Shown: piece after piece, positions 26,762 through 39,685 of the stretch
Numbering within the stretch: position 1 is the first letter of the stretch
Layout: every line of letters starts with the position of its first letter
Assembly (NCBI GenBank): GCA_038087875.1
Contig: CM075991.1
Location: 310,001-374,000, forward strand
Reading direction: 5' to 3'
DNA length: 64,000 bases
From: Malacoraja senta
Taxonomy: Eukaryota
Translations under genes and position numbers: made by a program
Notes under the pieces: model-generated
What the model was told of the DNA's origin: nothing
Seen by the model: the letters and a program-made list of their open reading frames with translations, nothing else
The model's database searches: none

Positions 26762-27802
26762 TAGGTATGTTACAAAACTGACCTTCAGTCGCGCTGTAAT
26801 TCTGCCACTGGCCGTGTGCGCGATTTTGGCGCCTTTAAGGGGGGGCGGGGTTAAAACGCGGGTTTCTCCTCCCTTGTCCTAGTTAATATTGTGTTGGAGT
26901 ACAAGCGTTGGCTGATGAATCGTTCCTAGTGGCGATTTGTGAATTTTTTATTTTTATTAAATCGTCAATGTCAGCGCTACAATAATTTTAAAATCAGCTC
27001 CTGAAGCGTCAACGCCGATAACGGGGACGGATTTCACGCATGGGACAGGTAAACGAAAGTGCTTTCTTTAAATGTATAAAAGTGCTTCTTAAGAAGCCTT
27101 TAATTCACATTTTTACATGCGACACGGTGATTTTATTCCCCGAATTAACGGCAGTATTTTTCATGCCAATACGGGGTTAAATTCACCGCAAATCAACGTT
27201 CCAAAAGATCGCGTTCCAGAAAACCTCACTCACAAGATGAATTAAATGCCCATTAATTTACAGGTATTAAACATTCAATTCCTTCCATTTGGCCTGTAAA
27301 TTCATGAAAATTAGATTTAAAAATTATGTTATATTGTGAGTTATTGTGTGAATGTTATTTGGACACTTAGGCTATTTAAAAATGTTAATCTATTCTTAAG
27401 AAATTGATAGATGTTAAGATCTAGTAATTGAATTTTGTAATTAGCTACAATTAGGTAACTAACTAATTATATGCTTTACTTTCATGTCTTCGAAGTAAGA
27501 TTGTTTCATATTTGTTTCAGAATGCTTCAATCTATAATAACTGAAAATTTCTTTCAGTTATCATAATTTTTAAGAAAGTTATGGGCTTTTAACTGTCCTC
27601 GATCACAGCTTTTGTGTTAAGTCAATGGAAAAGCAATAGGGAACTAGATGCTAATTTCTGAGTATGATAATGGCCATAACATTTTTAATACTGAAGATAT
27701 GAAAGTGAATTAAGTGTCAAATTAAACTTCTTTTTATGCTTTATCTGATGGGATAAATTGCAGACTTTATTTTTTAAATCTCAAAATTTTGTAACATTGC
27801 TA
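26762..27802. mobile_element. AT-rich non-autonomous DNA transposon (MITE) inserted in a SINE
   Basis: TIRs TAGGTATGTTACAAAA / TTTTGTAACATTGCTA (14/16 match). Direct repeat TAATATG at 26755-26761 and 27803-27809. The SINE resumes after it. Confidence 0.8.
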
Positions 27803-27954
27803 TAATATGCGGGGATCGCTGATCAGCGCGGACTCGGTGGGCCGAAGGGCCTGTTTCCTCGCTGTATCCCTAAACTAAACAAAGCTACTTAGTTTGATCA
27901 GACTGAAGAAGGGTCTCGACCCAAAACGTCACCCATTCCTTCACTCCAGAAATG

Positions 27955-28127
27955 CTGCCTGATCCGCTGACTTACTCCAGCATTTTGTGTCTACCTTAAA
28001 CTGCCTGACCTGCTGAGTTACTCCAGCACTTTGTGTCTACCTTAAACTGCCTGACCTGCTGAGTTACTCCAGCATTTTGTGTCTACCTTAAACTGCCTGA
28101 CCCGCTGAGTTACTCCAGCACTTTGTG
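27955..28127 (+). repeat. 46-bp tandem repeat, about 3.75 copies, derived from a Penelope-terminus-like short repeat
   Basis: Unit ctgcctgacctgctgagttactccagca(c/t)tttgtgtctaccttaaa starting at 27955, 28001, 28047 and 28093. Confidence 0.9.
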
Positions 28128-28696
28128 CCAGACCATGATCGCAGTCAGGCAGTGCCGGCGCATCCCCAGAGTTCACAGGGTGGACACTTTGGCAGCTCGC
28201 TGTGCGAGTGTGGTATCCCCTCACCCTACCAAGGCACCGGCATTGGAACCTCATTAATTGCTCGGTACAAATGGGAGGCGCTGAGAAACCATTCCTCAAA
28301 ATATTGTTTTTGATATATAAACAACTTGAGACATAAACGCAGATGGGTTGGTTAGTAAGTTTGCAGATGACATCAAGACTGCTGGGGTTAGGGACTGTGA
28401 GGAAGGCTGTCAAAGTATACATCGGGATATAGATCAGCTACAGAAATGGGCAGAGAAATGGCACGATGAATCCAAGCAAGTGTGAGGTGTTGTACTTTGG
28501 GAGGTTGAATGCAAGGGGAAAGTATACAATTAATGGGAATTATATATTTTAACAGCATTGATATTCATAGGGATTTTAGGGTCCAAGTCCATAACTCCCT
28601 GAAAGTGGAATGCAAATAAATAGAGCAAAGGCCCTTGAGTTTGAGACTCTCCTGCACTGGGGGAAAGATTCTGACCATCTCTCCTATCCTATCCTA

Positions 28697-31600
28697 GGGG
28701 GTGTAAAATGAGGGTAGAAGCAATAGGTACTGTAGCAAGGAGAAAAGTAAAAGTGGCAGGCAGACAAATCCAGGGCAAAAATCAAAAAGGGCCACTTTTC
28801 AACATAATTGTATAAGGGGTAAGAGTGTTGTAAAAACAAGCCTGAAGGCTTTATATCTTAATGCAAGGAGCATTCGTAATAAGGTGGATGAGTTGAATGT
28901 GCAGATAGTTATTAATGAATATGATATAGTTGGGATCACGGAGACATGGCTCCAGGGTGACCAAGGCTGGGAGCTGAACATCCAGGGATATTCAATATTC
29001 AGGAGGGATAGACAGAAAGGAAAAGGAGGCGGGGTAGCATTGCTGGTTAGAGAGGAGATTAACGCAATAGAAAGGAAGGACATTAGCTTGGAGGATGTGG
29101 AATCGATATGGGTAGAGCTGCGAAACACTAAGGGGCAGAAAACGCTAGTGGGAGTTGTGTACAGGCCACCTAACAGTAGTAGTGGAGATGGGGATGGCAT
29201 CAAACAGGAAATTAGAAATGCATGCAACAAAGGTAAAACAGTTATAATGGGTGACTTCAATCTACATATTTACATATTTATCCTGAAATGGGAGAGGTCC
29301 TGAAAGAAGAATTTAGGGAGTTAGGTAGAGAGTTAAGGAGAAGGACTGCAAAGGTAACAATCTCAGGATTACTGCCTGTGCCACGCGACAGTGAGAGTAG
29401 GAATGGAGCGAGGTGGAGGATAAATGAGTGGATGAGGGACTGGTGCAGTGGGTATGGATTCAAGTTTCTGGATCATTGGGACCTCTTTTGGGGAAGGTGC
29501 GACCTGTACAGAAAGGATGGGTTGCACTTGAACTCGAGGGGGACCAATATCCTGGCGGGTAGATTTGCAAAGGCTACTGGGGAGACTTTAAACTAGTATG
29601 GTTGGTGGGAGGGACTCAAATTGGGAAAGCTAGAAGTCAGTGTGTGAGGCAGGAGGCAGAGAATGGAAGCACTCTGACCCAAAATGTAGTGGAGAGAGAA
29701 GAAAAAGACAATAAACAGAGAATAAGAGAGGGTGCGTTTCTTAAATGTGTATATTTTAATGCTAGGAGCATTGTAAGAAAGGTGGACGAACTTAAAGCCT
29801 GGATTGACACCTGAAAGTATGATGTTGTGGCGATCAGTGAAACATGGTTGCAGGAGGGCTGTGATTGGAAACTAAATATTCCAGGATTTTGTTGCTTCAG
29901 GTGTGATAGAATTGGAGGGGCAAGAGGTGGAGGTGTTGCATTGCTTATCAGGGAAGATATTACAGCAGTGCTTTGGCAGGATAAATTAGAGGGCTCTTCT
30001 AGGGAGGCTATTTGGGTGGAACTGAGAAATGGGAAAGGGGTAGCAACACTCATAGGGGTGTATTATAGACCGCCAAATGGGGAGCGAGAATTGGAAGAGC
30101 AAATATGTAAGGAGATTGCAGATATTAGTAGTAAGCACAAGGTAGTGATTGTGGGAGATTTCAATTTTCCACACATAGACTGAGAAACACATTCTGTAAA
30201 TGGGCTGGATGGTTTGGAGTTTGTAAAATGTGCGCAGGATAGTTTTTTGCAGCAATACATAGAAGTACCTACTAGAGAAGGGGCGGTGCTGGACCTCCTG
30301 TTAGGAAATGAGACGGGTCAGGTGGCAGAGGTATGCGTTGGCAAACAGTTCGGGACCAGTGATCACAATACCATTAGTTTCAATATAATTATGGAGAGGG
30401 TCAGAACTGGACCTAGGGTTGAGATTTTTGATTGGAGAAAGGCTAACTTTGAGGAGATGCGAAAGGATTTAAAAGGAGTAAATTGGGACAGTTTGGTTTA
30501 TGGGAAAGATGTGGAAGAGAAATGGAGGACATTTAAAGGTGAAATTTTAAGAGTACAGAATCTTTATGTCCCTGTTCGGTTGAAAGGAAATAGTAAAAAT
30601 TGGAAAGAGCCATGGTTTTCAAGGGAAATTGGACACAGTTCGGAAAAAGAGAGAGATCTACAATAATTATAGGCAGCATGGAGTAAATGAGGTGCTTGAG
30701 GAGTATAAAAAATGTAAAAAGAGTCTTAAGAAAGAAATTAGAAAAGCTAAAAGAAGATATGAGGTTGCTTTGGCAAGTAAGGTGAAAGTAAATCCAAAGG
30801 GTTTCTACAGCTATATTAATAGCAAAAGGATAACGAGGGATAAAATTGGTCCATTAGAGAGTCAGAGTGGACAGGTATCTGCAGAGCCAAAAGAGATGGG
30901 GGAGATATTGAACAATTTCTTTTCTTTGGTATTCACCAAGGAGAAGGATATTGAATTATGTGAGGTAAGGGAAACAAGTAGAGTAGCTATGGAAACTATG
31001 AGATTCAAAGAAGAGGAAGTACTGACACTTTTGAGAAATATAAAAGTGGATAAGTCTCCAGGTCCGGACAGGATATTCCCTAGGACATTGAGGGAAGTTA
31101 GTGTAGAAATAGCGGGGGCTATGACAGAAATATTTCAAATGTCATTGGAAACGGCAATAGTGCCGGAGGATTGGCGTACTGCGCATGTTGTTCCATTGCT
31201 TTAAAAGGGGTCTAAGAGTAAACCTAGCAATTATATGCCTGTTAGTTTGATGTCAGTGGTGGGCAAATTAATGGAAAGGATACTTAGAGATAATATATAT
31301 AAGCATCTGGATAAACAGGGGCTGATTAGGAACAGTCAACATGGATTTGTGCCTGGAAGGTCATGTTTGACTAATCTTCTTGAATTTTTTGAAGAGGTTA
31401 CTCGGGAAATTGATGAGGGTAAAGCCGTGGATGTTGTATATATGGACTTCAGAAAGGCCTTTGACAAGGTTCCTCACGGAAGGTTGGTTAAGAAGGTTCA
31501 ATGGTTGGGTATTAATGGTGGAGTAGCAAGATGGATTCAACAGTGGCTGAATGGGAGATGCCAGAGAGTAATGGTGGATGGTTGTTTGTCAGGTTGGAGG

Positions 31601-34600
31601 CCAGTGACTAGTGGGGTGCCACAGGGATCTGTGTTGGGTCCACTGTTGTTTGTCATGTACATCAATGATGTGGATGATGGTGTGGTAAATTGGATTAGTA
31701 AGTATGCAGATGATACCAAGATAGGTGGGGCTGTGGATAATGAAGTAGATTTTCAAAGTCTACAGAGAGATTTATGCCGGTTGGAAGAGTGGGCTGAAAG
31801 ATGGCAGATGGAGCTTAATGCTGATAAGTGTGAGGTGCTACATCTTGGCAGGACAAATCAAAATAGGGCGTACATGGTAAATGGTAGGGAATTGAAGAAT
31901 GCAGGTGAACAAATGGATCTTGGAATAACTGTGCACAGTTCCCTGAAAGTGGAATCTCATCTAGATAGGGTGGTAAAGAAAGCTTTTGGTGTGCTGGCTT
32001 TTATAAATCAGAGCATTGAGTATAGAAGTTGGGACGTAATGTTAAAATTGTACAAGGCATTGGTGAGGCCAATTCTGGAGTATGGTGTAGAATTTTGGTC
32101 GCCTAATTATAGGAAGGATGTCAACAAAATAGGGAGAGTACAGAGGAGATTTACTAGAATGTTGCCTGGGTTTCAACAACTAAGTTACAGAGAAAGGTTG
32201 AACAAGTTAGGGCATTATTCTTTGGTGCGCAGAAGGTTAAGGGGGGACTTGATAGAGGTCTTTAAAATGATGAGAGGGATAGACAGAGTTGACGTGGATA
32301 AGCTTTTCCCACTGAGAGTAGGGAAGATTCAAACAAGGGGACATGACTTGAGAATTAAGGGACAGAAGTTTAGGGGTAACATGAGGGGGAACTTCTTTAC
32401 TCAGAGAGTGGTGGCTGTGTGGAATGAGCTTCCAGTGAAGGTGGTGGAGGCAGGTTCATTTTTATCATTTAAAAATAAATTGGATAGTTATATGGACGGG
32501 AAAGGAATGGAGGGTTATTGTCTGAGCGCAGGTATATGGGACTAGGGGAGAATACGTGTTCGGCACGGACTAGAAGGGTCGAGATGGCCTGTTTCCGTGC
32601 TGTAATTGTTATATGGTTATATGGTTACATATAGATTGGGTGAATCAAATTGGCAGGGGTGCTGAGGAAGAGGATTTCTTGGAATGTATGCGGGATAGTT
32701 TTCTAAACCAACATGTAGAGGAACCAACGAGAGAGCAGGCTATTCTAGACTGTGTATTGAGTAATGAGGAAGGGTTAGTTAGCAGTCTTGTTGTGCGTGG
32801 CCCCTTGGGCAAGAGTGACCATAATATGGTTGAGTTCTTCATTAGGATGGAGAGTGACATTGTTAATTCAGAAACAAGGGTCCTGAACTTAAAGAAACGT
32901 GACTTTGAGGGTATGAGACGTGAATTGGCCAAGATAGACTGGCAAATGATTCTTAAAGGGTTGACGGTGGATATGCAATGGAAGGCATTTAAAAACTGCA
33001 TGGATGAACTACAACAATTGTTCATCCCAGTTTGGCAAAAGAATAAATCGGGGAAGGTAGTGCATCCGTGGATAACAAGGGAAATCAGGGATAGTATCAA
33101 AACAAAAGATGAAGCGTACAAATTAGCCAGAAAAAGCAGCCTACCAGAGGACTGGGAGAAATTCAGAGTCCAGCAGAGGAGGATAAAAGGCTTAATTAGG
33201 AAAGGGAAAATAGATTATGAAAGAAAACTGGCAGGGAACATAAAAACTGACTGCAAAAGTTTTTATAGATATGTGAAGAGGAAAAGATTAGTTAAAACAA
33301 ATGTAGGTCCCTTGCAGTCAGAAACAGGCAAATTGATCATGGGGAACAAGGACATGGCAGACCAATTGAATAACTACTTTGGTTCTGTCTTCACTTAGGA
33401 AGACATAAATAATCTGCCGGAAATAGCAAGGGACCGGGGGTTAAATGCGATGGAGGAACCGCGTGAAATCCAGGTTAGCCGGGAAGTGGTGTTAGGTAAA
33501 TTGAATGGATTAAAGGCCGATAAATCCCCAGGGCCAGATAAGTTGCATCCCAGAGTACTTAAGGAAGTAGCCGCAGAAATAGTGGATGCATTAGTGATAA
33601 TTTTTCAAAACTCTTTAGATTCTGGAGTAGTTCCTGAGGACTGGAGGGTAGCTAATGTAACCCCACTTTTTAAAAAGGGAGGGATAGAGAAAACAGGGAA
33701 TTACAGACCAGTTAGTCTAACATCGGTGGTGATGAAAATTCTGGAGTCAGTTATTAAAGATGGGATAGCAGCACATTTGGAAAGTGGTGAATTCATTGGA
33801 CAAAGTCAGCATGGATTTATGAAAGGTAAATCATGTCTGACGAATCTTATAGAATTTTTCGAGGATGTAACTAGTAGAGTGGATAAGGGAGAAACAGTGG
33901 ATGTGTTATATCTGGACTTTGAGAAGGCTTTCGACAAGGTCCCACATAAGAGATTAGTATGCAAACTTAAAGCACACGGTATTGGGGGTTCAGTATTGAT
34001 GTAGATAGAGAACTGGCTGGCAGACAGGAAGCAAAGAGTAGGAGTAAACGGGTCCTTTTCAGAATGGCAGGCAGTGACTAGTGGGGTACCGCAAGGCTCA
34101 GTGCTGGGACCCCAGCTATTTACAATATATATTAATGAACTGGATGAGGGAATTGAATGCAACATCTCCAAGTTTGAGGATGACACGAAGCTGGGGGGCA
34201 GTGTTAGCTGTGAGGAGGATGCTAGGAGGCTGCAAGGTGACTTGGATAGGTTGGGTGAGTGGGCAAATGCATGGCAGATGCAGTATAATGTGGATAAATG
34301 TGAGGTTATCCACTATGGTGGCAAAAACAGGAAAGTAGACTATTATCTGAATGGTGGCCGATTAGGAAAAGGGGAGATGCAACGAGACCTGGGTGTCATG
34401 GTACACCAGTCATTGAAAGTATGCATGCAGGTGCAGCAGGCAGTGAAGAAAGCAAATGGTATGTTAGCATTCATAGCAAAAGGATTTGAGTATAAGAGCA
34501 TGGAGGTTCTACTGCAGTTGTACAGGGTCTTGGTGAGACCACACCTGGAGTATTGCGTACAGTTTTGGTCTACTAATCTGAGGAAAGACATTCTTGCCAT

Positions 34601-35107
34601 AGAGGGAGTACAGAGAAGGTTCACCAGACTGATTCCTGGGATGGCAGGACTTTCATTTGAAGAAAGACTGGATAGACTCGGCTTGTACACGCTAGAATTT
34701 AGAAGATTGAGGGGGGATCTTATAGAAACTTACAAAATTCTTAAGCGGTTGGACAGGCTAGATGCAGGAAGATTATTCCCGATGTTGGGGAAGTCCAGAA
34801 CTAGGGGTCATAGTTTAAGGATAAGAGGGAAGTCTTTTAGGACCGAGATGAGAAAATCATTTTTTACACAGAGTGGTGAATCTGTGGAATTATCTGCCAC
34901 AGAAGGTAGTTGAGGCCAGTTCATTGGCTATATTTAAGAGGGAGTTAGATGTACCCTTGTGGCTAAAGGGATCAGTGGGTATGGAGAGAAGGCAGGGATG
35001 GGATACTGAGTTGGATGATTAGCCATGATCATATCGAATGGCGGTGCAGGCTCTAAGGGCCGAATGGCCTACTCCTGCACCTATTTTCTATGTTACTATG
35101 TTTCTAT
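28697..35107 (+). mobile_element. CR1 LINE with essentially complete but disrupted ORF2, interrupted by a nested CR1
   Basis: LYLNARSIRNKVDEL...MGDFNLHI (to 29269) resumes as HIDWVNQIGRG at 32626; RT motifs and tail extend to 35107. Confidence 0.93.
29270..32625 (+). mobile_element. Nested CR1 (GTTATATG-tail family) with 3' part of an esterase-type ORF1 and a near-complete ORF2
   Basis: ORF 29288-29596 (ISGLLPVPR...NEWMRDWC...FLDHWDLFW...KDGLHLN) is SGNH/GDSL esterase-like. ORF2 runs from CVYFNARSI through a 436-aa RT ORF. Direct repeat TACATAT at 29263-29269 and 32626-32632. Confidence 0.92.
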
Positions 35108-37454
35108 CTTTGCCCTTCATAATTTTACAAACCACTATCAGTTCACCCTCAAGGTCACAAGGTGCTGGAGAAACCCAATGGGTCGGGCAGCATCTCCAGA
35201 GAACTGATCTCCAGAGATGCTGCCTAATCCACCGTGTTACTCCAGCATTTTGTGTCCTTTTGTATAAACCAGCATCTGCAGTTTGTTATTTCTACTATCA
35301 GTTCACTCTCCCTATGTTCCCGTGGGAACAAATTCAGCCGATCTCCTTATAATTATGGCCCTCACTTCCAGGCAATATTCTGGTGAATCTCTTCTGCACT
35401 CTCTCATTTGACACTATATCCTTCTTGTAGTGTGTTGACCACAACTGTACACAATGGTTGAAGTGCAGCCTTGATGTTATTTTACAACAGCATCACAACA
35501 TCCCAAGTCATACTCAATGCCTATTCTCCTGTGTCGCTACTTTTAGTGAGCTATGGACAAACCCTTAGGTCACTCTGTGTACTAACATTCGTAAGGTCCG
35601 TGTCATTTACTACACATCCTAATGAAATCAGACTTCCCAGTGCATAACCTCACACTTGTCTGGAGTAGGGCAGCCATGGTGGCATAGCGGTAGAGTTGCT
35701 GCCTTACAGTCGATCCCGACTACGGGTGCTGTCCGTACGGAGTTTGTACGTTCTCCCCGTGACCGCGTGGGTTTTCTCCGAGATCTTTGGTTTCCCTCCA
35801 CACTCCAAAGGTATGCAGGTTAATTGGCTTGGTGTACATGCAAATTGTTCCTAGCGTGTGTAGGGTGGTGTTAATGTGCAGGGATCGCTGGTCAGTGGGC
35901 CGAGAGAGGGGCCTCTTTCCGCACTGTATTTCTAAACTAAACTACATTCTATCAGCCAACGTTCTGCTCTACTTTACATCTAAGCTATGCCCCACTGTAT
36001 CCACAGACAACCTTTTCACTATCAACAACTTCAGCAATTTTATGTAATCTGCAAATTTACTAATTATACATTCTCATCCAAGTCATTTATGCATGTTACA
36101 ACCAGCAAAGGTCCTGACACCAATCCCTTAACCAATGTTCTTTTGGTATTTCCAATTTGACGCACACCCAGCCACCCCTACTCTCTCCCTATGTCACCCA
36201 GACAATTTTGGATCCAGTTTGCAAACACACCTCAGGTCACTTGTGCCTTAACCTTCTGCATCAGCCAACTACACGGGACCATTTCAATCAGGTTGGGCCG
36301 ATGACACAGCTTTGATCTGAAGTGAGCACTGGTTCAAGCAACTAACTTACAAACACCTACCCTCCCCCTTCTCCCACCTCCTTCTCTTCCCTGGGCCCCA
36401 CCCACACAGTTCTCCCCTTCCCCCTCCAACCTATATCCCTTCCTCTTATTTCACAAATCGTACCACTGATATCCTTATTTGTCTTTTCATCACTGGCCTT
36501 TGTCAAACCATCTGCCTATCAAAAAGTTCTCTCACCCATATCCACCTATTGTTCATCGGGCTTTGTCCTGCCCCTCCATTCTTTCAGCTTCCTCCCCCTT
36601 CGGCCCACTGAGTCCATGCCGACCATCGATCACCTGTACATTAGATCTATGTTATCCCTCTTTCTCATCGTGCACACTAGGAGCAATTTAAAGAAGCCAA
36701 TTAACCTACAAACCTGCACGTCTTTGAAATGTGGGGTGAAATTGAAGCATCTGGAGAAAACCCACGCGGTCACAGGAAGAGTGTGCAAACGCCACACACG
36801 GCATCTGATATCAAAATGAAACTCGGATCTCTGACGCTGTAAGGCAGCAGCTCTGCCAATGCACCACTGTGATGCCCTAATGGTAATCACATCAAATCTA
36901 TTCCAGAAGCAAGTATTTTCAGCCGGGATGAAGGATTGGCTGCATGTTTGAGGAAGCCATTTGTGGCATTAGTTCTATATGAGAAACTATGAAGCAAACC
37001 AGAATCCAGGCAAATCAAAGAAGCCACTACTTGGATAATTGCAAGTTTGCCGTGTTAAAATAACAGAGTCATACTGTGGAAACAGGCCCTTCGGCCCAAC
37101 TTGCCCATACCGGCCAACATGTCCCAGCTACACTAGTCCCACCTGCCTGCGCTTGGCCATATCCCTCCAAACCTGTCCTATCCATGTACCTGTCTGTTTC
37201 TTAAACGTTGGGATAGTCCCAGCCTCAACTACCTCCTCTGGCAGCTTGTTCCATACATCCACCACCCTTTGTGTGAAAAGGTTACCCCTCAGATTCCTAT
37301 TAAATCTTTTCCCCTTCACCTTGAACCCATGTCTTCTGGTCCTCGATTCCCCTACTCTGGACAAGAGATTCTGTGCATCTACCCAATCTATTCCTCTCAT
37401 GATTTTATACGCTAGAATTCTAATTAGAAACCTGCATCAGAAAATCATACTTAC

Positions 37455-37554
37455 ATTAAACAGAGGAGGATCCTTGGGATGTGGGTGAAAACCCTTCTGT
37501 TTACAGGAAGAGATCTCATCCATCCCATGCTCCGTCAGTCTGTAAAATCCTGAC
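37455..37554 (-). CDS. STAMBP: STAMBP penultimate coding exon (100 bp)
   Basis: caacaaag|(E)[33 protein letters not shown]|gtaagt. Phase 2 start matches the previous exon; contains the C..KGFHPH second zinc site. Confidence 0.95.
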
Positions 37555-39629
37555 CTTTGTTGAAGAAAGAGGGATCAGTCAGAGCACAGGGTCAAAGCAG
37601 CAAAGAGACATCCAACATTTTAACCACTTTGTTGTTACAGGAAAATTCAAATCTAATGTTGCGATACAGTCATAGGGCTGCACAGCACAAAAACAGGCCC
37701 TTCAGCCCAACTCGCCCATGCTGACCAAGTTGCCAAACAATTTTGTCCCACTTGCCTGTGTTTGGCCAATATCCCTCCAAATCTTTCCTCTCCGTGTAAC
37801 CTGGCCGATGTCCTTGAAATGCCTTAATTGTACCCGCCTCTATCACCGCCTCTTGCAGCTCGTTCCATGTACGCACTGCTCTCACTTTAAACCTACGTTC
37901 TCTAATTTTGGACTCCCCTATTCCGGGGAAGGGACTATGGCTTTTCACTTTATCTATGCCCCTCATGATTTTAAGTGACTCAAAGATCAGCCTTCAGCCT
38001 CCTACACTCCAGGGAAAGACCACCCTGCCTATCCTTGCAGCTCAAACCTTCCACCTTTGTCAATCTTCTTTTATTCCCTTTCCACTTCAATGAAATCCTA
38101 GCAGCGGCAGGATGGCCAGAACTATACAGAGTGCTCCAGGTGTGGTCTTGTACAACAGCAACGCAACTTCACGACTCCTGTGCTCGATGCCCTGACCGAT
38201 GATGGCAAGCCTGGATGTTGGCTGGAATGGTGGGCTTCAGTTACAAGGAGAGAATGGATACATTGGACTTGTTGGAAGCTGAGGGGTGACCTTACAGAGG
38301 TCACCTTATAAGATTATGAGGGGCAAAGCTGAGCTATTTAGTCAGAGCTTCTTTCCAGAGTAGAGGAGTCTAAATCTGGTGGGACAAGGTTTATGATGAG
38401 GGGAGAAAATTAGAGGAGATCCATGTGGTAAGTGTTTCCACACAGAGGGTAGTTACATGAATTAGGGATAGACACAAAATGCTGGAGTAACTCAGCGGGA
38501 CAGGCAACTGGAGAGAAGGAATAGGTGACGTTTCGGGTCAAGATCTGAGTTACTTCAGCATTTTGTGCCTGTCTTCGTTGCTTACAACTCAAATGGACAG
38601 GTACTGGAATCAGAGTAGAGGGGGGATACAAGCCTACTCCGGGCAAATGGGACTAGTGTAGACAGGTGTCATGGTCGACATGGATGAGTTGGGCCAAAGG
38701 GCCTCCTTCCATGCTGTGTGGCTTTCTGCAGAGCACATTTTCCGGGTTGTTGCCTGATGTAGAGCATTACAGTAATGAGGGGAGACTGGAAAGGCTGGGT
38801 TTGTTTACCTTGGAGCAGAGAGGGCAGACCAGATAGAATTATACAAAATTACACAGGGCATATAAATAGGTTACTTGGGGGGAAATCTTTCTCCATAGGG
38901 GAGATATCTGAAAAAAATGGCATAGGTTTGTGATAAGATGGCAAGAGGTTTGGAGGGAACACTAGGGCAGTAGTAGAGTTGCTGCCTTACAACACTTGCA
39001 GCGCCAGAGACCCAGGTTCGATCCCGACTATGTGCTGTCTGTAGGAAGTTTCCCGTGTCCCCGTGGGTTTTCTCCGAGATCTTTGGTTTCCTCCCACACT
39101 CCAAAGACGTACAGGTTTCCAGGATAATAGGCTTGGGTTTGTATATTTGGTATACGTGTAAATTGTTCCTAGTGAGTGTAGGCTGGTCGGTGCGGACTCA
39201 GTGGGCCGAAGGGCCTTTTTCCGCGCTGTATCTCTAAACTAAACTAAAGAACATTTTCACCTGGAGAGTGGTTGGAATATGGAAACTCTGCCTGAGTGGC
39301 AGAGACTCAACATTTACATGGTATTTAGATGACCACATGAACTGCCAAAGTACAAAGGCTACAGCCGAAGTGCGGGTAAGCGGGATTAGTTAGCTCGGTA
39401 CTTGGTTGGCATGGGCAGCATGGGCTGAAGAGCCTGTTTTGGTGCTGTGTTCTATGACCAGAAGAAAAAAGTAACGTGATTGGTATCCGATCCAGCATGG
39501 CTGCATGGGGAACCATTTACAAAACCCCCAGCGGTTCCTCACTGTGGCACAATCTACACCACCCAAGCTGGAGGCAACGGCACGTGTAAACATCTACTTT
39601 GAGTCTGCAATAAAGTTTAATAATAAAAA

Positions 39630-39633
39630 TTAA

Positions 39634-39666
<33 letters not shown>

Positions 39667-39685
39667 CATAATAATAATAATAATA
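39630..39685. repeat. (AAT)n microsatellite
   Basis: aataataataat... with one cat interruption. Confidence 0.95.

Noticed and set aside
27955..28127. Regularly spaced repeats resembling a CRISPR array
   Set aside because: Head-to-tail 46-bp units with no unique spacers, derived from a dispersed repeat, in vertebrate DNA with no cas genes.
35670..35730. tRNA-like sequences
   Set aside because: They are heads of tRNA-derived SINEs that continue into SINE body and tail; no full cloverleaf.
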